Assembly (NCBI GenBank): GCA_964449345.1
Contig: CAYUYT010000001.1
Coordinates: 1-62,293, forward strand
Length of the DNA: 62,293 nt
Direction: 5' to 3'
Source: an uncultured Spirochaetia bacterium
GTDB lineage: Bacteria > Spirochaetota > CALGPD01
The notes beneath the pieces were generated by a model. The model did no database searches. It saw nothing but the letters and a program-made list of their open reading frames with translations, and was not told the DNA's origin. Every line of letters begins with the position of its first letter. Positions within the stretch are counted from its first letter, which is position 1. Below, piece after piece: positions 1 through 8,780 of this stretch. The translations under genes and the position numbers were made by a program.

Positions 1-332
1 GTTCGCCGGAATACCGTAAAATAAAAGACGTTCAGGAGGCAAAATCTATGTTAACCGAACTTGCAGACAGAATTAGAAAAAAAGCAAAAGAAGAAGGCGA
101 AGAAATAGGTATCAAAAAAGGTGAAAAAATAGGTATCGAGAAAGGGCGAAAACAAGGTGAAGAAATAGGTATCAAAAAAGGAATAAAGCAAGGTGAAAAA
201 ATAGGTATTGCGAACGGAAGAAAAGAAGGCAAAATTGATGACGCTAATAAAATGAAACAAAAAGGTATGGACGTTGCGTTGATTAGCGAAATAACAGAAC
301 TTTCCGTTGAAGAGATAGAAAAACTGAAATAA
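1..332 (+). CDS. Rpn-family recombination-promoting nuclease / PD-(D/E)XK putative transposase, C-terminal fragment (5' end outside window)
   Basis: The reading frame of the listed ORF (48-332) is open back to base 3, so the gene starts upstream of the window. The tail GEEIGIKKGEKIGIEKG...ALISEITELSVEEIEKLK parallels the C-terminus of the complete Rpn-like ORF at 7172-8059 (KEGLKEGIEKGI...ICKITGLNQEQIKEL). Confidence 0.6.
   Translation, partial: SPEYRKIKDVQEAKSMLTELADRIRKKAKEEGEEIGIKKGEKIGIEKGRKQGEEIGIKKGIKQGEKIGIANGRKEGKIDDANKMKQKGMDVALISEITELSVEEIEKLK
96..230 (+). repeat. In-frame coding tandem repeat encoding G-x-(K/E)-x units
   Basis: The string gaagaaataggtatcaaaaaagg occurs at 99-121 and again at 159-181 (60-nt period). 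ggtgaaaaaataggtat recurs at 119-135 and 191-207. The peptide reads GEEIGIKK GEKIGIEK GRKQ GEEIGIKK GIKQ GEKIGIAN GRKE. Confidence 0.8.
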
Positions 333-612
333 AAAACCCGTGATTATTTTCGTTTTATTAATTTAAATTTAGACCCACGAAAAGTGCGAAACACTCAAAA
401 GAAAAGGCCGCAGGTGGCTAACACAATTACGATGGAAAACGCTACGATAAAAGAGTATTAAAAGGTAAAATATCAAACATAAAATTTTGCACCTTTTGAT
501 TTTTGTATGTATTTTATTTATTTTATAAATAACGCAAACTCAAGCATAGATAATTGTTAAAATTTGCAATGTATAGGTTTACGTTAATAATATTTTTTCA
601 CGGAGGAATTAG

Positions 613-2091
613 TTGAATTTTCAGACATTTGCAACAAAGGATAACAAAACAGGATATGATTCAGAATACATTTTGTTTTTTGAAGATGATATAAAAAAAG
701 ACAGCATTGAATATGATGTCTTAAAAAACATAGATGAAAAATCTAAAGGATTAGTGGCGAGCTTAATTAAAAAGAAAAAAATAACGGGCAAAACAAAAAA
801 TTTAACTTCCATATATTTAAATGAAACGCGTTATGTTTTACTCGGTATGGGTAAAGCAGAAAAGCATACCCGAAGAAATATGATGAACGTTTCCGGTAAA
901 ATATGCATATCTTCAAACGCAAATAAGGACAACGAAATTTTCGTTCACATGAGGACTAACGAACCCGAAGATTATGCCCGCGCTGCAGAAGCAATTGAAA
1001 CAGCAAATTATACTTTTCTTGATTATTTTGGAAAAGACAAAGTAAAAGAAAAACAAAACACGTTAAAATCAGTACATTTTCTTTGCGCAGATGAAAACAC
1101 AGTAAAAAAATTTATTAAAAAGGGTAAAGCAATTGGTGAAGCTAAAAATTTTGCCCGAAACCTTATAAATCATCCGGCAAATGAAATGACACCGGAAAAA
1201 CTTGCAAAAAAAATTCAATCCGAACTAGATAAGCTTGAAATTGAAATTTTCGATAAAGCAAAAATTAAAAAATTAAAAATGGGCGGACTTTTAGGTGTTA
1301 ATCAGGGTACGAAAACGGAACCGCGTTTTATTATTATTAGACATAAGCCGGAAAAAAAGAAAAAAGGCGTTAAAATTGCATTAGTAGGCAAAGGCGTTAC
1401 TTTTGACACAGGAGGAATTTCATTAAAACCTTCTAAAAATATGCACGAAATGAAAGGCGATATGGGCGGTGCAGCGAGTGTTGCAGGGCTTATGAAAATA
1501 ATTTCAGCCCTTGAAATCCCTCTTGAAATAACGGGGGTTATTCCGTCAACTCCAAATATGCCCGGCGGAAATGCTATGAATCCCGGGGACATAATAAAAG
1601 CGTATAACGGCAAAACAGTTGAAGTTTTAAATACGGATGCAGAAGGACGGTTAATATTAATGGATGCGCTTTCTTACGCCGTTAAGGAAGAAAAGCCCAC
1701 TCACATCGTAGATTTTGCTACCTTAACTGGCGCGATTGTCGTTGCTTTGGGTTCAATTACAACGGGGTTGTTTTCAAATAATGATGAAATGGCACAGGGG
1801 ATTTTAAAAGCAACGGAGAAATCTGGTGAATATGTGTGGCAAATGCCGTTGTATGAAGAGTACGGAAAAATGCTTGAATCCAAAATTGCAGATTTAAAAA
1901 ACATTGGCGGTCGTGAAGCCGGAAGTATTACCGCAGCAAAATTTCTTCAGAATTTCGTTGATGATACGCCATGGACACATTTAGATATAGCGGGAACTTC
2001 TTACATTGATGACCACGAATATTTAAAACCAAGCGGGATGGGCGCTGTAATAAGCACAATTTCCGAGTGGCTTTTAGATTTTTCGCTTTAA
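613..2091 (+). CDS. pepA: Leucyl aminopeptidase (M17 family)
   Basis: M17 signatures VGKGVTFDTGGISLKP and NTDAEGRL are present and the length (492 aa) fits. TTG start at 613 lies 6 nt after GGAGG (602-606). Confidence 0.9.
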   Translation: MNFQTFATKDNKTGYDSEYILFFEDDIKKDSIEYDVLKNIDEKSKGLVASLIKKKKITGKTKNLTSIYLNETRYVLLGMGKAEKHTRRNMMNVSGKICISSNANKDNEIFVHMRTNEPEDYARAAEAIETANYTFLDYFGKDKVKEKQNTLKSVHFLCADENTVKKFIKKGKAIGEAKNFARNLINHPANEMTPEKLAKKIQSELDKLEIEIFDKAKIKKLKMGGLLGVNQGTKTEPRFIIIRHKPEKKKKGVKIALVGKGVTFDTGGISLKPSKNMHEMKGDMGGAASVAGLMKIISALEIPLEITGVIPSTPNMPGGNAMNPGDIIKAYNGKTVEVLNTDAEGRLILMDALSYAVKEEKPTHIVDFATLTGAIVVALGSITTGLFSNNDEMAQGILKATEKSGEYVWQMPLYEEYGKMLESKIADLKNIGGREAGSITAAKFLQNFVDDTPWTHLDIAGTSYIDDHEYLKPSGMGAVISTISEWLLDFSL

Positions 2092-2107
2092 TTATTGAGG
2101 TAATAAA

Positions 2108-2902
2108 ATGAAATTAATTAATGCTTTTTTAATCATTATCACTTTAATATTTTTACCTTGCTTAAGTTTTCCTCAGAATAACACCAGGAATAATGCGACT
2201 GGAAACTCTGCCACTAACTTAAAAATTAATAATTTTTCCATGCCTAAAATTAAAAGCTTACGGAAGTTTAAAAAATTCAGAGGCAGGTTGCCAATTAAAG
2301 CGTGGATAAATTGGAACGAAAACCGCACGTTTAATTTAAAAATTATTAATCCCAATTTGCCTTATAATTACGCTTATCCTTTGCGCAGAAGTATTTCTTT
2401 TGCCCCTGTAATAATTCCCGGCCCTGTTAGATATGCAGAAGGCAAACCCGGTAGTTCCGTTGTAAATGCAAACAGTAATTCCATACACTACAGGGTATTG
2501 AAAGATGATTCTGCGAATTACGGTGTAAATTTAAACAAAAAGTATAATTTTTATATAGTTTTTGAAGGCGTTACCCGTCCTAAAGAGGATTTTAAAGCAT
2601 ACGGAATAATATATATAAATAAAAAAAGGCGGGGAACAACGGATAAAGGTTTAATAACGCAAAGAAAAATTTACCGGACTAAACTCGCCATTAACCGTCA
2701 TCTATTAAAAGTTAAAATAGTAATTCGAGATAAATATCAACGCCGATGGAGGCCTTTACTAAATACAAGCCAACCAAAGGAAAAATATTTTCCCGTAAAA
2801 CGCGGTTATATTACAGTTATAAAAATGACTTACAAGCCCTTAAACAAATACAAACAATATTTTTTCATTGGAAAATTTGTTAAAAAAAGTACAATTAATT
2901 AA
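2108..2902 (+). CDS. Hypothetical secreted, very basic protein
   Basis: Long ORF with an N-terminal hydrophobic signal-like segment (LINAFLIIITLIFLPCLSFPQ). It starts 17 nt after the pepA stop. I recognise no family. Confidence 0.5.
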   Translation: MKLINAFLIIITLIFLPCLSFPQNNTRNNATGNSATNLKINNFSMPKIKSLRKFKKFRGRLPIKAWINWNENRTFNLKIINPNLPYNYAYPLRRSISFAPVIIPGPVRYAEGKPGSSVVNANSNSIHYRVLKDDSANYGVNLNKKYNFYIVFEGVTRPKEDFKAYGIIYINKKRRGTTDKGLITQRKIYRTKLAINRHLLKVKIVIRDKYQRRWRPLLNTSQPKEKYFPVKRGYITVIKMTYKPLNKYKQYFFIGKFVKKSTIN

Positions 2903-2957
2903 CTTTACGCGTTTTTATTAGTATTATTTAGCGTAAAGTTTATGTAAAATTAATTCT

Positions 2958-3542
2958 ATGAATAAAAAATCTAAAATAGAACGAAAAACAAAAGAAACAC
3001 AAATTAATCTTGAGCTAGTTTTGCAAAGTGAAGAGGATTCAAAAATAGACACAGGCATTGCATTTTTTGATCATATGCTTTCACACATTGCTAAACACGG
3101 GAATATGCAAATTAAAATTCAGGTTAAAGGTGATATTGCAGTTGATTTTCACCACACTGTTGAAGATACGGGCATTGTTTTCGGACAGGCCCTAAATCAG
3201 GCAATCGGTGATAAAAAAGGAATTAACCGTTACGGTTATGCTAGTATTCCTATGGACGAAACACTTGCAAACATTTCACTTGACATCAGCGGAAGAAGCG
3301 TTTTGGTATATAACGTAAAATATACGGGGGAAAAAATAGGCGATTTTAATACGGAACTCGTTAAAGAGTTTCTACGCGCTTTTTCTCAGCATGCCGGCTT
3401 AAACCTTCACGTTAACGTTCCCTACGGGGAAAACAACCACCACGTTGCCGAAGCAATTTTTAAAGCTTTAGGTAAGGCTTTAAGCTTAGCAGTTGCAGAT
3501 TCAGGGCTTAAGGGAATTCCATCAACAAAAGGCACTTTATGA
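2958..3542 (+). CDS. hisB: Imidazoleglycerol-phosphate dehydratase
   Basis: N-terminus IERKTKETQINLEL, plus FFDHMLSHIAKHG and HHVAEAIFKALG, matches IGPD. Length is 194 aa. Confidence 0.92.
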   Translation: MNKKSKIERKTKETQINLELVLQSEEDSKIDTGIAFFDHMLSHIAKHGNMQIKIQVKGDIAVDFHHTVEDTGIVFGQALNQAIGDKKGINRYGYASIPMDETLANISLDISGRSVLVYNVKYTGEKIGDFNTELVKEFLRAFSQHAGLNLHVNVPYGENNHHVAEAIFKALGKALSLAVADSGLKGIPSTKGTL

Positions 3543-4648
3543 GCAACATAAAAGACATTTATTACAACAAGAATGTAGGTACATTCCCCGAATCCTTTGA
3601 ATTTAACAACGTAAAATTCAAAAAAAAACACGATTTGCGCTACGGAACAAACCCGCATCAACCTGCGGCAATTTATGAACCGGAGAATTATTTAGGTATT
3701 TTAGGTAGTTATAAAATTTTAAAACAAGGCAAATCAGGATTATCTCAAACAAACGTGGAAGACATCAACCACGCCGCAATGATATTACGCTTTTTTGAAA
3801 CGCCTTCATGTGCTGTAATGAAACACCTTAATCCTAGCGGAGTTGCTTGTTCAAGACATTTTGACGAACCTTTATCAACCGTATATTATCGCGCAAGGGA
3901 CTGCGACGCTAGGGCTGCATTTGGCAGTACGGTTGTATTTAACACTTCCGTTGACGAAGATACAGCAGAAGAAATAATGCAAAGCGTTGTTGAAAACGTA
4001 GTTGCACCGGATTTTACCAAAAATGCGCTCACAATTTTAAAGGATTATGATAAATTCAAACGAAATAAACAAATGCGCGTAATTAAAATCGGAGAGATTG
4101 CAAGCCTTCCAAAATATGTTGGAGATAATTTTAAATATGAGATAAAAGCTCTTGGAGACGGTAGCTTAATTATATCCGCTCCATATTTAACAGGAATTAG
4201 AAATACAGATGATTTAATACGTCCACAAGCAACGGATAAAAACGACAACGCTATTACAATGAAACATACCCCAGAAGAAAGTGTAAAAACGGATTTATTA
4301 TTTGCATGGTACGTTTGCGCAGGTGTTAGAAGCAATTCAGTCGTAATTGCAAAAGATTGCGTTACTCTTGCAATAGGAACAGGTGAGCAGGATAGGGTTG
4401 GCGCAGTAACACAGGCAATTGATAAAGCAAAACAGAAATTTAAGGGTAGCGAAACGCTAGACGGCGCGACAATTGCAAGCGATGGTTTTTTTCCGTTTAG
4501 TGATTCCATTAATTTAATTGCAGATGCCGGCATAAAAGCCGTTATTCAACCCGGAGGCAGTGTTCGAGATTATGAAGTTATCAAAAAGTGCAATGAACGC
4601 AATCTTGTAATGTATTTTACAGGAGAACGCTGCTTTGCGCATCATTAA
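3539..4648 (+). CDS. Stand-alone AICAR transformylase domain protein (PurH-like, no MGS/IMP-cyclohydrolase domain)
   Basis: The protein begins at the AICARFT entry motif LRYGTNPHQPAA. It carries MKHLNPSG (the catalytic K-H), AAFGSTVVFN, GTGEQDRVGAV and the C-terminal ASDGFFPF...IQPGGSVRD...FTGERCFAHH. At 369 aa it has no room for the N-terminal IMPCH domain. The ATG overlaps the hisB TGA (ATGA at 3539-3542). Confidence 0.8.
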   Translation: MSNIKDIYYNKNVGTFPESFEFNNVKFKKKHDLRYGTNPHQPAAIYEPENYLGILGSYKILKQGKSGLSQTNVEDINHAAMILRFFETPSCAVMKHLNPSGVACSRHFDEPLSTVYYRARDCDARAAFGSTVVFNTSVDEDTAEEIMQSVVENVVAPDFTKNALTILKDYDKFKRNKQMRVIKIGEIASLPKYVGDNFKYEIKALGDGSLIISAPYLTGIRNTDDLIRPQATDKNDNAITMKHTPEESVKTDLLFAWYVCAGVRSNSVVIAKDCVTLAIGTGEQDRVGAVTQAIDKAKQKFKGSETLDGATIASDGFFPFSDSINLIADAGIKAVIQPGGSVRDYEVIKKCNERNLVMYFTGERCFAHH

Positions 4649-4735
4649 GGCGTTTATAAAAATTTCAACTTTTCAGTTTTTGAATTTCAATAAAACACGT
4701 TCATTTCAATCATATTTTTAGTTGGTTAGGCAATA

Positions 4736-5281
4736 TTATTTATCTCGCATTAAATTTTTGCTGATTCTTACATTTTCCAAGAAGCGTTTATTTAGTTCAC
4801 GCGGGAACCCTTTTTTTAGTGCGGAATAAAAAGACCCTGATACTTTTTCTATTTGCGGTGCAATTTTTGATTTTTTAATAGCACCGGTAACCCCTCCAAA
4901 AGGAATCATTCGAAGACCAAGTAATAAGAGAGCGCAAATTAAAATCGCTTTAACCCCTCCGATAACAGCGCCGCCTAAACTGTCAAGCCAGCCCAAATAT
5001 ATCATTTCAAGAAATTTTTTTATGCTCAAGCCAATTCGCCTTATTATTATATTGAGGATTATAAAACATCCGGCAAAACATACAATTACAGCTAGTTTTT
5101 CATTTTGCATATATTTATTTATATACGGTGCAATATGTGGGTTAATTTTAATTGCGAGGGCAAAAGAAACAATAATGGCGAGGATACCGAAAACTTCTCC
5201 GGTAAAACCTTTCCTAAAACTTTTGAAAATAAATACTGCAGCAATAATAAGTATAATTATATCAATGTAATTTAGCCCCAA
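4736..5281 (-). CDS. cvpA: CvpA-family membrane protein
   Basis: N-terminus NYIDIIILIIAAVFIFKSFRKGFTGEVF followed by 4 hydrophobic segments is the typical colicin V production protein architecture. Confidence 0.7.
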   Translation of the reverse strand: MGLNYIDIIILIIAAVFIFKSFRKGFTGEVFGILAIIVSFALAIKINPHIAPYINKYMQNEKLAVIVCFAGCFIILNIIIRRIGLSIKKFLEMIYLGWLDSLGGAVIGGVKAILICALLLLGLRMIPFGGVTGAIKKSKIAPQIEKVSGSFYSALKKGFPRELNKRFLENVRISKNLMRDK

Positions 5282-5392
5282 GCTTAGAGTCCTTTCTTAA
5301 ACAAATTGAGCATGAACACGTTTTCAAGGGAATTCCTTTTCCCTATTCTTATTTTCGACAAGTGCGGTATATAAACTTTAAAATAATTCCCC

Positions 5393-6145
5393 TTATCCTA
5401 ATTTCTTAATTTCTTCAACTAATGCCGGGAGAATTTTACTCGTCGAACCTTGAAGAAAAATGTCCGTTATGCTTTGTGTTAATCCCGTTTGTTCTAAGTT
5501 TATTTCAATAATAAAAGCGCCGTAGTCTTTTGCAATAACGGGGAGCATTGAAGCAGGCATTACTTGTGCGGATGTACCTGCAACGATAAATACTTTAGCG
5601 TTAGCCGCGTATTTTTGCGCTTTTAGCAAAATATCCTGAGGCAACATTTCCCCGAACATTACAACGTCGGGTTTTAAAACGTATCCGCAGGCGCAATGCG
5701 GGACATCCTTTTCAATTAGTAATTCTTCATCCCGTTCGTATTTGTTTAAACATTTAATACAAACGAGTTTTTCGTTATTTCCATGCAAATATAAAACCCT
5801 TTTAGCTCCACCGCGAGAGTGCAAGTCATCTATATTTTGCGTTGCTATTGATTTTACAATACCTATTTTTTCAAGCTCGCCTAAAGCAATGTGTCCGGGG
5901 TTCGGCTTGGCTTCGCCGAATTCGTTTTCCATTGTTCTGAAAAAATACCATAATTTCTCAGGGTCTTTTTTAAAATTATTAATATGAGCGTATTCAGCAG
6001 GGTCAAACCTATCCCAAATACCGCCCTTACTTCTGAAATCGGGAATTCCGCTGTCAACCGATATGCCTGCACCGGTTAAAACATGTGCATTTTTTCTTTG
6101 ATATAAAATTTCAGCCGCACTTTTTATCTTATCATTTAAATCCAT
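5393..6145 (-). CDS. cobB: NAD-dependent protein deacylase (Sir2/CobB sirtuin)
   Basis: Motifs GAGISVDSGIPDFRS, TQNIDDLH and the Zn-ribbon cysteines CIKC...CACG are present. The 250 aa single-domain size is typical of housekeeping CobB. Confidence 0.9.
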   Translation of the reverse strand: MDLNDKIKSAAEILYQRKNAHVLTGAGISVDSGIPDFRSKGGIWDRFDPAEYAHINNFKKDPEKLWYFFRTMENEFGEAKPNPGHIALGELEKIGIVKSIATQNIDDLHSRGGAKRVLYLHGNNEKLVCIKCLNKYERDEELLIEKDVPHCACGYVLKPDVVMFGEMLPQDILLKAQKYAANAKVFIVAGTSAQVMPASMLPVIAKDYGAFIIEINLEQTGLTQSITDIFLQGSTSKILPALVEEIKKLG

Positions 6146-6235
6146 AAAAATATCCTTAAAATTATTTGATAACTCGTTACTTTAAACTTATTATATACAA
6201 AATTAATTTTTTTTCAAATTTTTGTGGAGTAGTAA

Positions 6236-6532
6236 ATGGAATTATCGGATTTTGCTTTTGTAGGTTGGATAGCGGCAACTTGTACATCGATAGGTTTTAT
6301 ACCGCAAATAATAAAAGGTTTTAAAACGAAGAAGCTGGATGATGTTTCTTGGGGGATGTTATGGGTAACGTTTACGGGTATTACATGCTGGCTTTTTTAC
6401 GGTATTGTGATAAAAGACGTTATTATTATTGTAGCTAACGTTTTCACAGATTCAACTTTGATTTTATTAATTTCTATGAAACAATTATATAAAAAAGGGG
6501 GAAAGCGTGGATATAGAACTGGTAATATTTGA
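6236..6532 (+). CDS. SemiSWEET / PQ-loop family small transporter
   Basis: About 90 aa with three hydrophobic helices and the PQ motif (SIGFIPQIIKGFKTKK). GGAG lies upstream at 6225-6228. Confidence 0.7.
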   Translation: MELSDFAFVGWIAATCTSIGFIPQIIKGFKTKKLDDVSWGMLWVTFTGITCWLFYGIVIKDVIIIVANVFTDSTLILLISMKQLYKKGGKRGYRTGNI

Positions 6533-7127
6533 TTTAGGCAACGTTTTAATTAATCATAACGCTGAAATTTTTATAGATGAATTTATAAAACATTCAGGGG
6601 AACAAAGACAACGCGTTATAGATGTATTTATTAAAGCATATTCACGCAAATTTGATACCGGGCATAGTTCGGGATATGATTTTTACAATGAAATTAATGA
6701 AGATTTAACCCTTGATTTAACTTTTGAACAGTTTAAGGAAATTTACTGCGGTATTTTTCAAGAACATTCAGAATTTAAGCCAGTTGTATATGAAATCATG
6801 CAAAAATATGATACTGCTATTTTATCAAATATTGACGAATTGCATCACAATTTTATAATGAATAAATGGCCATGGCTTTACGATATAAAAAACATATTTG
6901 TTTCTTATAAAATGGGCATAATAAAACCGGATAAAGAAATTTATGTAAAAGTTCTCAGTAAGTTTGGACTGCCTGCACATAAAACGCTATTTATAGATGA
7001 CAAAGAGGAGAACGTAAAAGGGGCACAGGATGTTGGCTTAAATAGCATTCATTTTTCGGAGACAAACGCTGTGATAAAAGAACTTGGAGAATACGGTATA
7101 TTAAAAAATTCAAAAGTTTTTTATTGA
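6507..7127 (+). CDS. HAD-superfamily hydrolase
   Basis: HAD motif I is read as VIFDLGNVL (DxG) and the late motif as FIDDKEENV. GTG start overlaps the SemiSWEET 3' end by 26 nt. Confidence 0.7.
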   Translation: MDIELVIFDLGNVLINHNAEIFIDEFIKHSGEQRQRVIDVFIKAYSRKFDTGHSSGYDFYNEINEDLTLDLTFEQFKEIYCGIFQEHSEFKPVVYEIMQKYDTAILSNIDELHHNFIMNKWPWLYDIKNIFVSYKMGIIKPDKEIYVKVLSKFGLPAHKTLFIDDKEENVKGAQDVGLNSIHFSETNAVIKELGEYGILKNSKVFY

Positions 7128-7171
7128 TTTATGGAGATTACAGATTACACTTCGCGAATACAAATATTCAC

Positions 7172-8059
7172 TTACAATTCTTTAATTTGTTCTTGATTTA
7201 ATCCCGTGATTTTGCAAATTATACTTGCTTCAAACCCTTCCTTTTTCATATTTTTAGCGGTTGCAATTTTACTTTCTTTAATGCCCTTTTCAATACCTTC
7301 TTTCAAACCTTCTTTCAAACCTTCTTCTCTGGCTTTTATTTTTGCTTCTCTAAGTATGGCTTCATTGTCCCTTTTAAATTTCAAACGCGCTTCGTATAAA
7401 TCACGCATTTTTTTATCCGCTGTAAATTTCTTATATTCCTCATGCGCTTTTTTAAATTCTTCCTTTTCATCAAGAATGCCTTTCATTTTTTCCTCCTGGT
7501 TTTGACCCTCGAGAGTTAAATATTTAAACCAAAATTTTAAATCTTGATTTATTCCTAAAATATTATCTTTAAATTTTAATATTTCTAAAAAGTGAACTTG
7601 AAAATGTCCGGTTAATAATATATCCCGGTTTTGATATTCATAAGGTAAAAAACATGTGTGAAAACTATCTAATTCTTTTATTAAATTGAAATCTAGTATG
7701 TTAATACAAATAACGGGTTTAAGTTCAGCATAGTTTTCGCTTTCCCCTAATTGCCCTGTATACAATTTCGCCCAGTAATAAAGTGTCCGAAATTTATACT
7801 CTTCAAACCCGGAAAGCTGGACTTCAATATTGTATATTTCGCCTGATGCGGCTTCAGCTTTAATATCTAAAAAGGAAAATTTATCATTTTGAAATTCTTT
7901 AAGATTAAACGGATTTAAAATTTCTATTTCAGTTACAGTTTCCATATCAACATCTGCTAAAACTGCGTTTATAAACGATTTTAACAGGTTTTTAGTTTCA
8001 TTTCTTCCAAATATATATTTAAAAACAATATCCCTAAAAGGATTTATATATTCAGCCAT
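7172..8059 (-). CDS. Rpn-family recombination-promoting nuclease / PD-(D/E)XK putative transposase
   Basis: N-terminus AEYINPFRDIVFKYIFG, then FLDIKAEA...YNIEVQL (a D...E-x-Q/K nuclease core), and a C-terminal KEGLKEGLKEGIEKGIKE repeat tail typical of this family. Confidence 0.8.
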   Translation of the reverse strand: MAEYINPFRDIVFKYIFGRNETKNLLKSFINAVLADVDMETVTEIEILNPFNLKEFQNDKFSFLDIKAEAASGEIYNIEVQLSGFEEYKFRTLYYWAKLYTGQLGESENYAELKPVICINILDFNLIKELDSFHTCFLPYEYQNRDILLTGHFQVHFLEILKFKDNILGINQDLKFWFKYLTLEGQNQEEKMKGILDEKEEFKKAHEEYKKFTADKKMRDLYEARLKFKRDNEAILREAKIKAREEGLKEGLKEGIEKGIKESKIATAKNMKKEGFEASIICKITGLNQEQIKEL

Positions 8060-8258
8060 AATTGAAATTTAATAAATTAAAAATTAAGTAAAATCAAAAT
8101 TTTAATTTTCCTTAGTTTTTTATCAGTTTAATTAATTAACATAATCTGTGATTTTTTTTCTTTTTTCTTAAAAAATGCTAATGTGATTTAATAAAAATCC
8201 GAAACCATAAATAAGCTATATTCTATTTTTAAAAAGCATTTTATAAAGAGAGGCAGAT

Positions 8259-8753
8259 ATGCAAAACGAAATCAACGAATTATATGAAAAATTAGTTTAT
8301 GAATACGATGTATTATATAAAATTTTAAAAATCGAAGAAGAAAAAAACGCATACCTTGTTCAAGGAAAATTAAAAGATTTTTCTGAAATGAACGAAAATC
8401 TTGAGAAACTCGTTGAAAATAGCTCAAAAGCTGAACGCGAGCGCACAGTAATAACGGAAAAAATCATGGACTCTTACGGACTTGAAAAAAACGCAAGTTT
8501 AAACGAACTTATTCCAAATCTCAAATCTGAAAGTCAATCTAAATTTAAGAAAATATATGAAGATTTTAAAGATATATTAACGGCAATAAAACTTTATTCA
8601 AATACTAACTCAGAAATGTTAAAGAATACGCTTGATATTCTCGATATTACACTTGCGAACTTAACTCAGGATTATGAAATAGAATATGGCGATGACGAGA
8701 AAAAAGCAAAATCCCGTTCAAAAAAAAGTGTATTGCTAAACAAACTTGCTTAA
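8259..8753 (+). CDS. flgN: FlgN-like flagellar export chaperone
   Basis: A 164-aa all-helical acidic protein immediately upstream of flgK, which is the canonical flgN position. The call rests on context and composition only. Confidence 0.55.
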   Translation: MQNEINELYEKLVYEYDVLYKILKIEEEKNAYLVQGKLKDFSEMNENLEKLVENSSKAERERTVITEKIMDSYGLEKNASLNELIPNLKSESQSKFKKIYEDFKDILTAIKLYSNTNSEMLKNTLDILDITLANLTQDYEIEYGDDEKKAKSRSKKSVLLNKLA

Positions 8754-8780
8754 GGGATTATATAAAAAAGGGAGAAAACC

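Noticed and set aside
2901-2940. A 10-bp inverted repeat, AACTTTACGC/GCGTAAAGTT, with a 20-nt loop between the secreted-protein gene and hisB. I considered it as a his attenuator or a ZTP/T-box type leader.
   Set aside because: The loop is large and AT-rich, and there is no T-tract. There is no leader peptide with His codons and no recognisable riboswitch core sequence. It is at most a weak terminator of the upstream gene.
4045-4533. A 162-aa ORF antisense to the AICARFT gene. Similar antisense ORFs occur at 1302-1613, 24182-24622, 25535-25909, 39521-39790 and 56651-57037.
   Set aside because: Each lies entirely inside, and opposite to, a gene with strong family motifs. Their compositions are low-complexity or hydrophobic, typical of shadow ORFs in AT-rich DNA, and they have no SD or family signal.
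5393-6145. The Sir2-domain protein, considered as a possible anti-phage (Thoeris/DSR-like) effector.
   Set aside because: It is a 250-aa single-domain sirtuin with an intact Zn-ribbon and the canonical CobB motifs. It has no partner genes or extra domains, so a housekeeping deacylase is the simpler call.
8177-8205. A possible sigma-28 promoter upstream of flgN (gCTAAt ... tCCGAAAc).
   Set aside because: It only loosely resembles TAAA-N15-GCCGATAA, with several mismatches in both elements. I cannot support it without a transcription start site.
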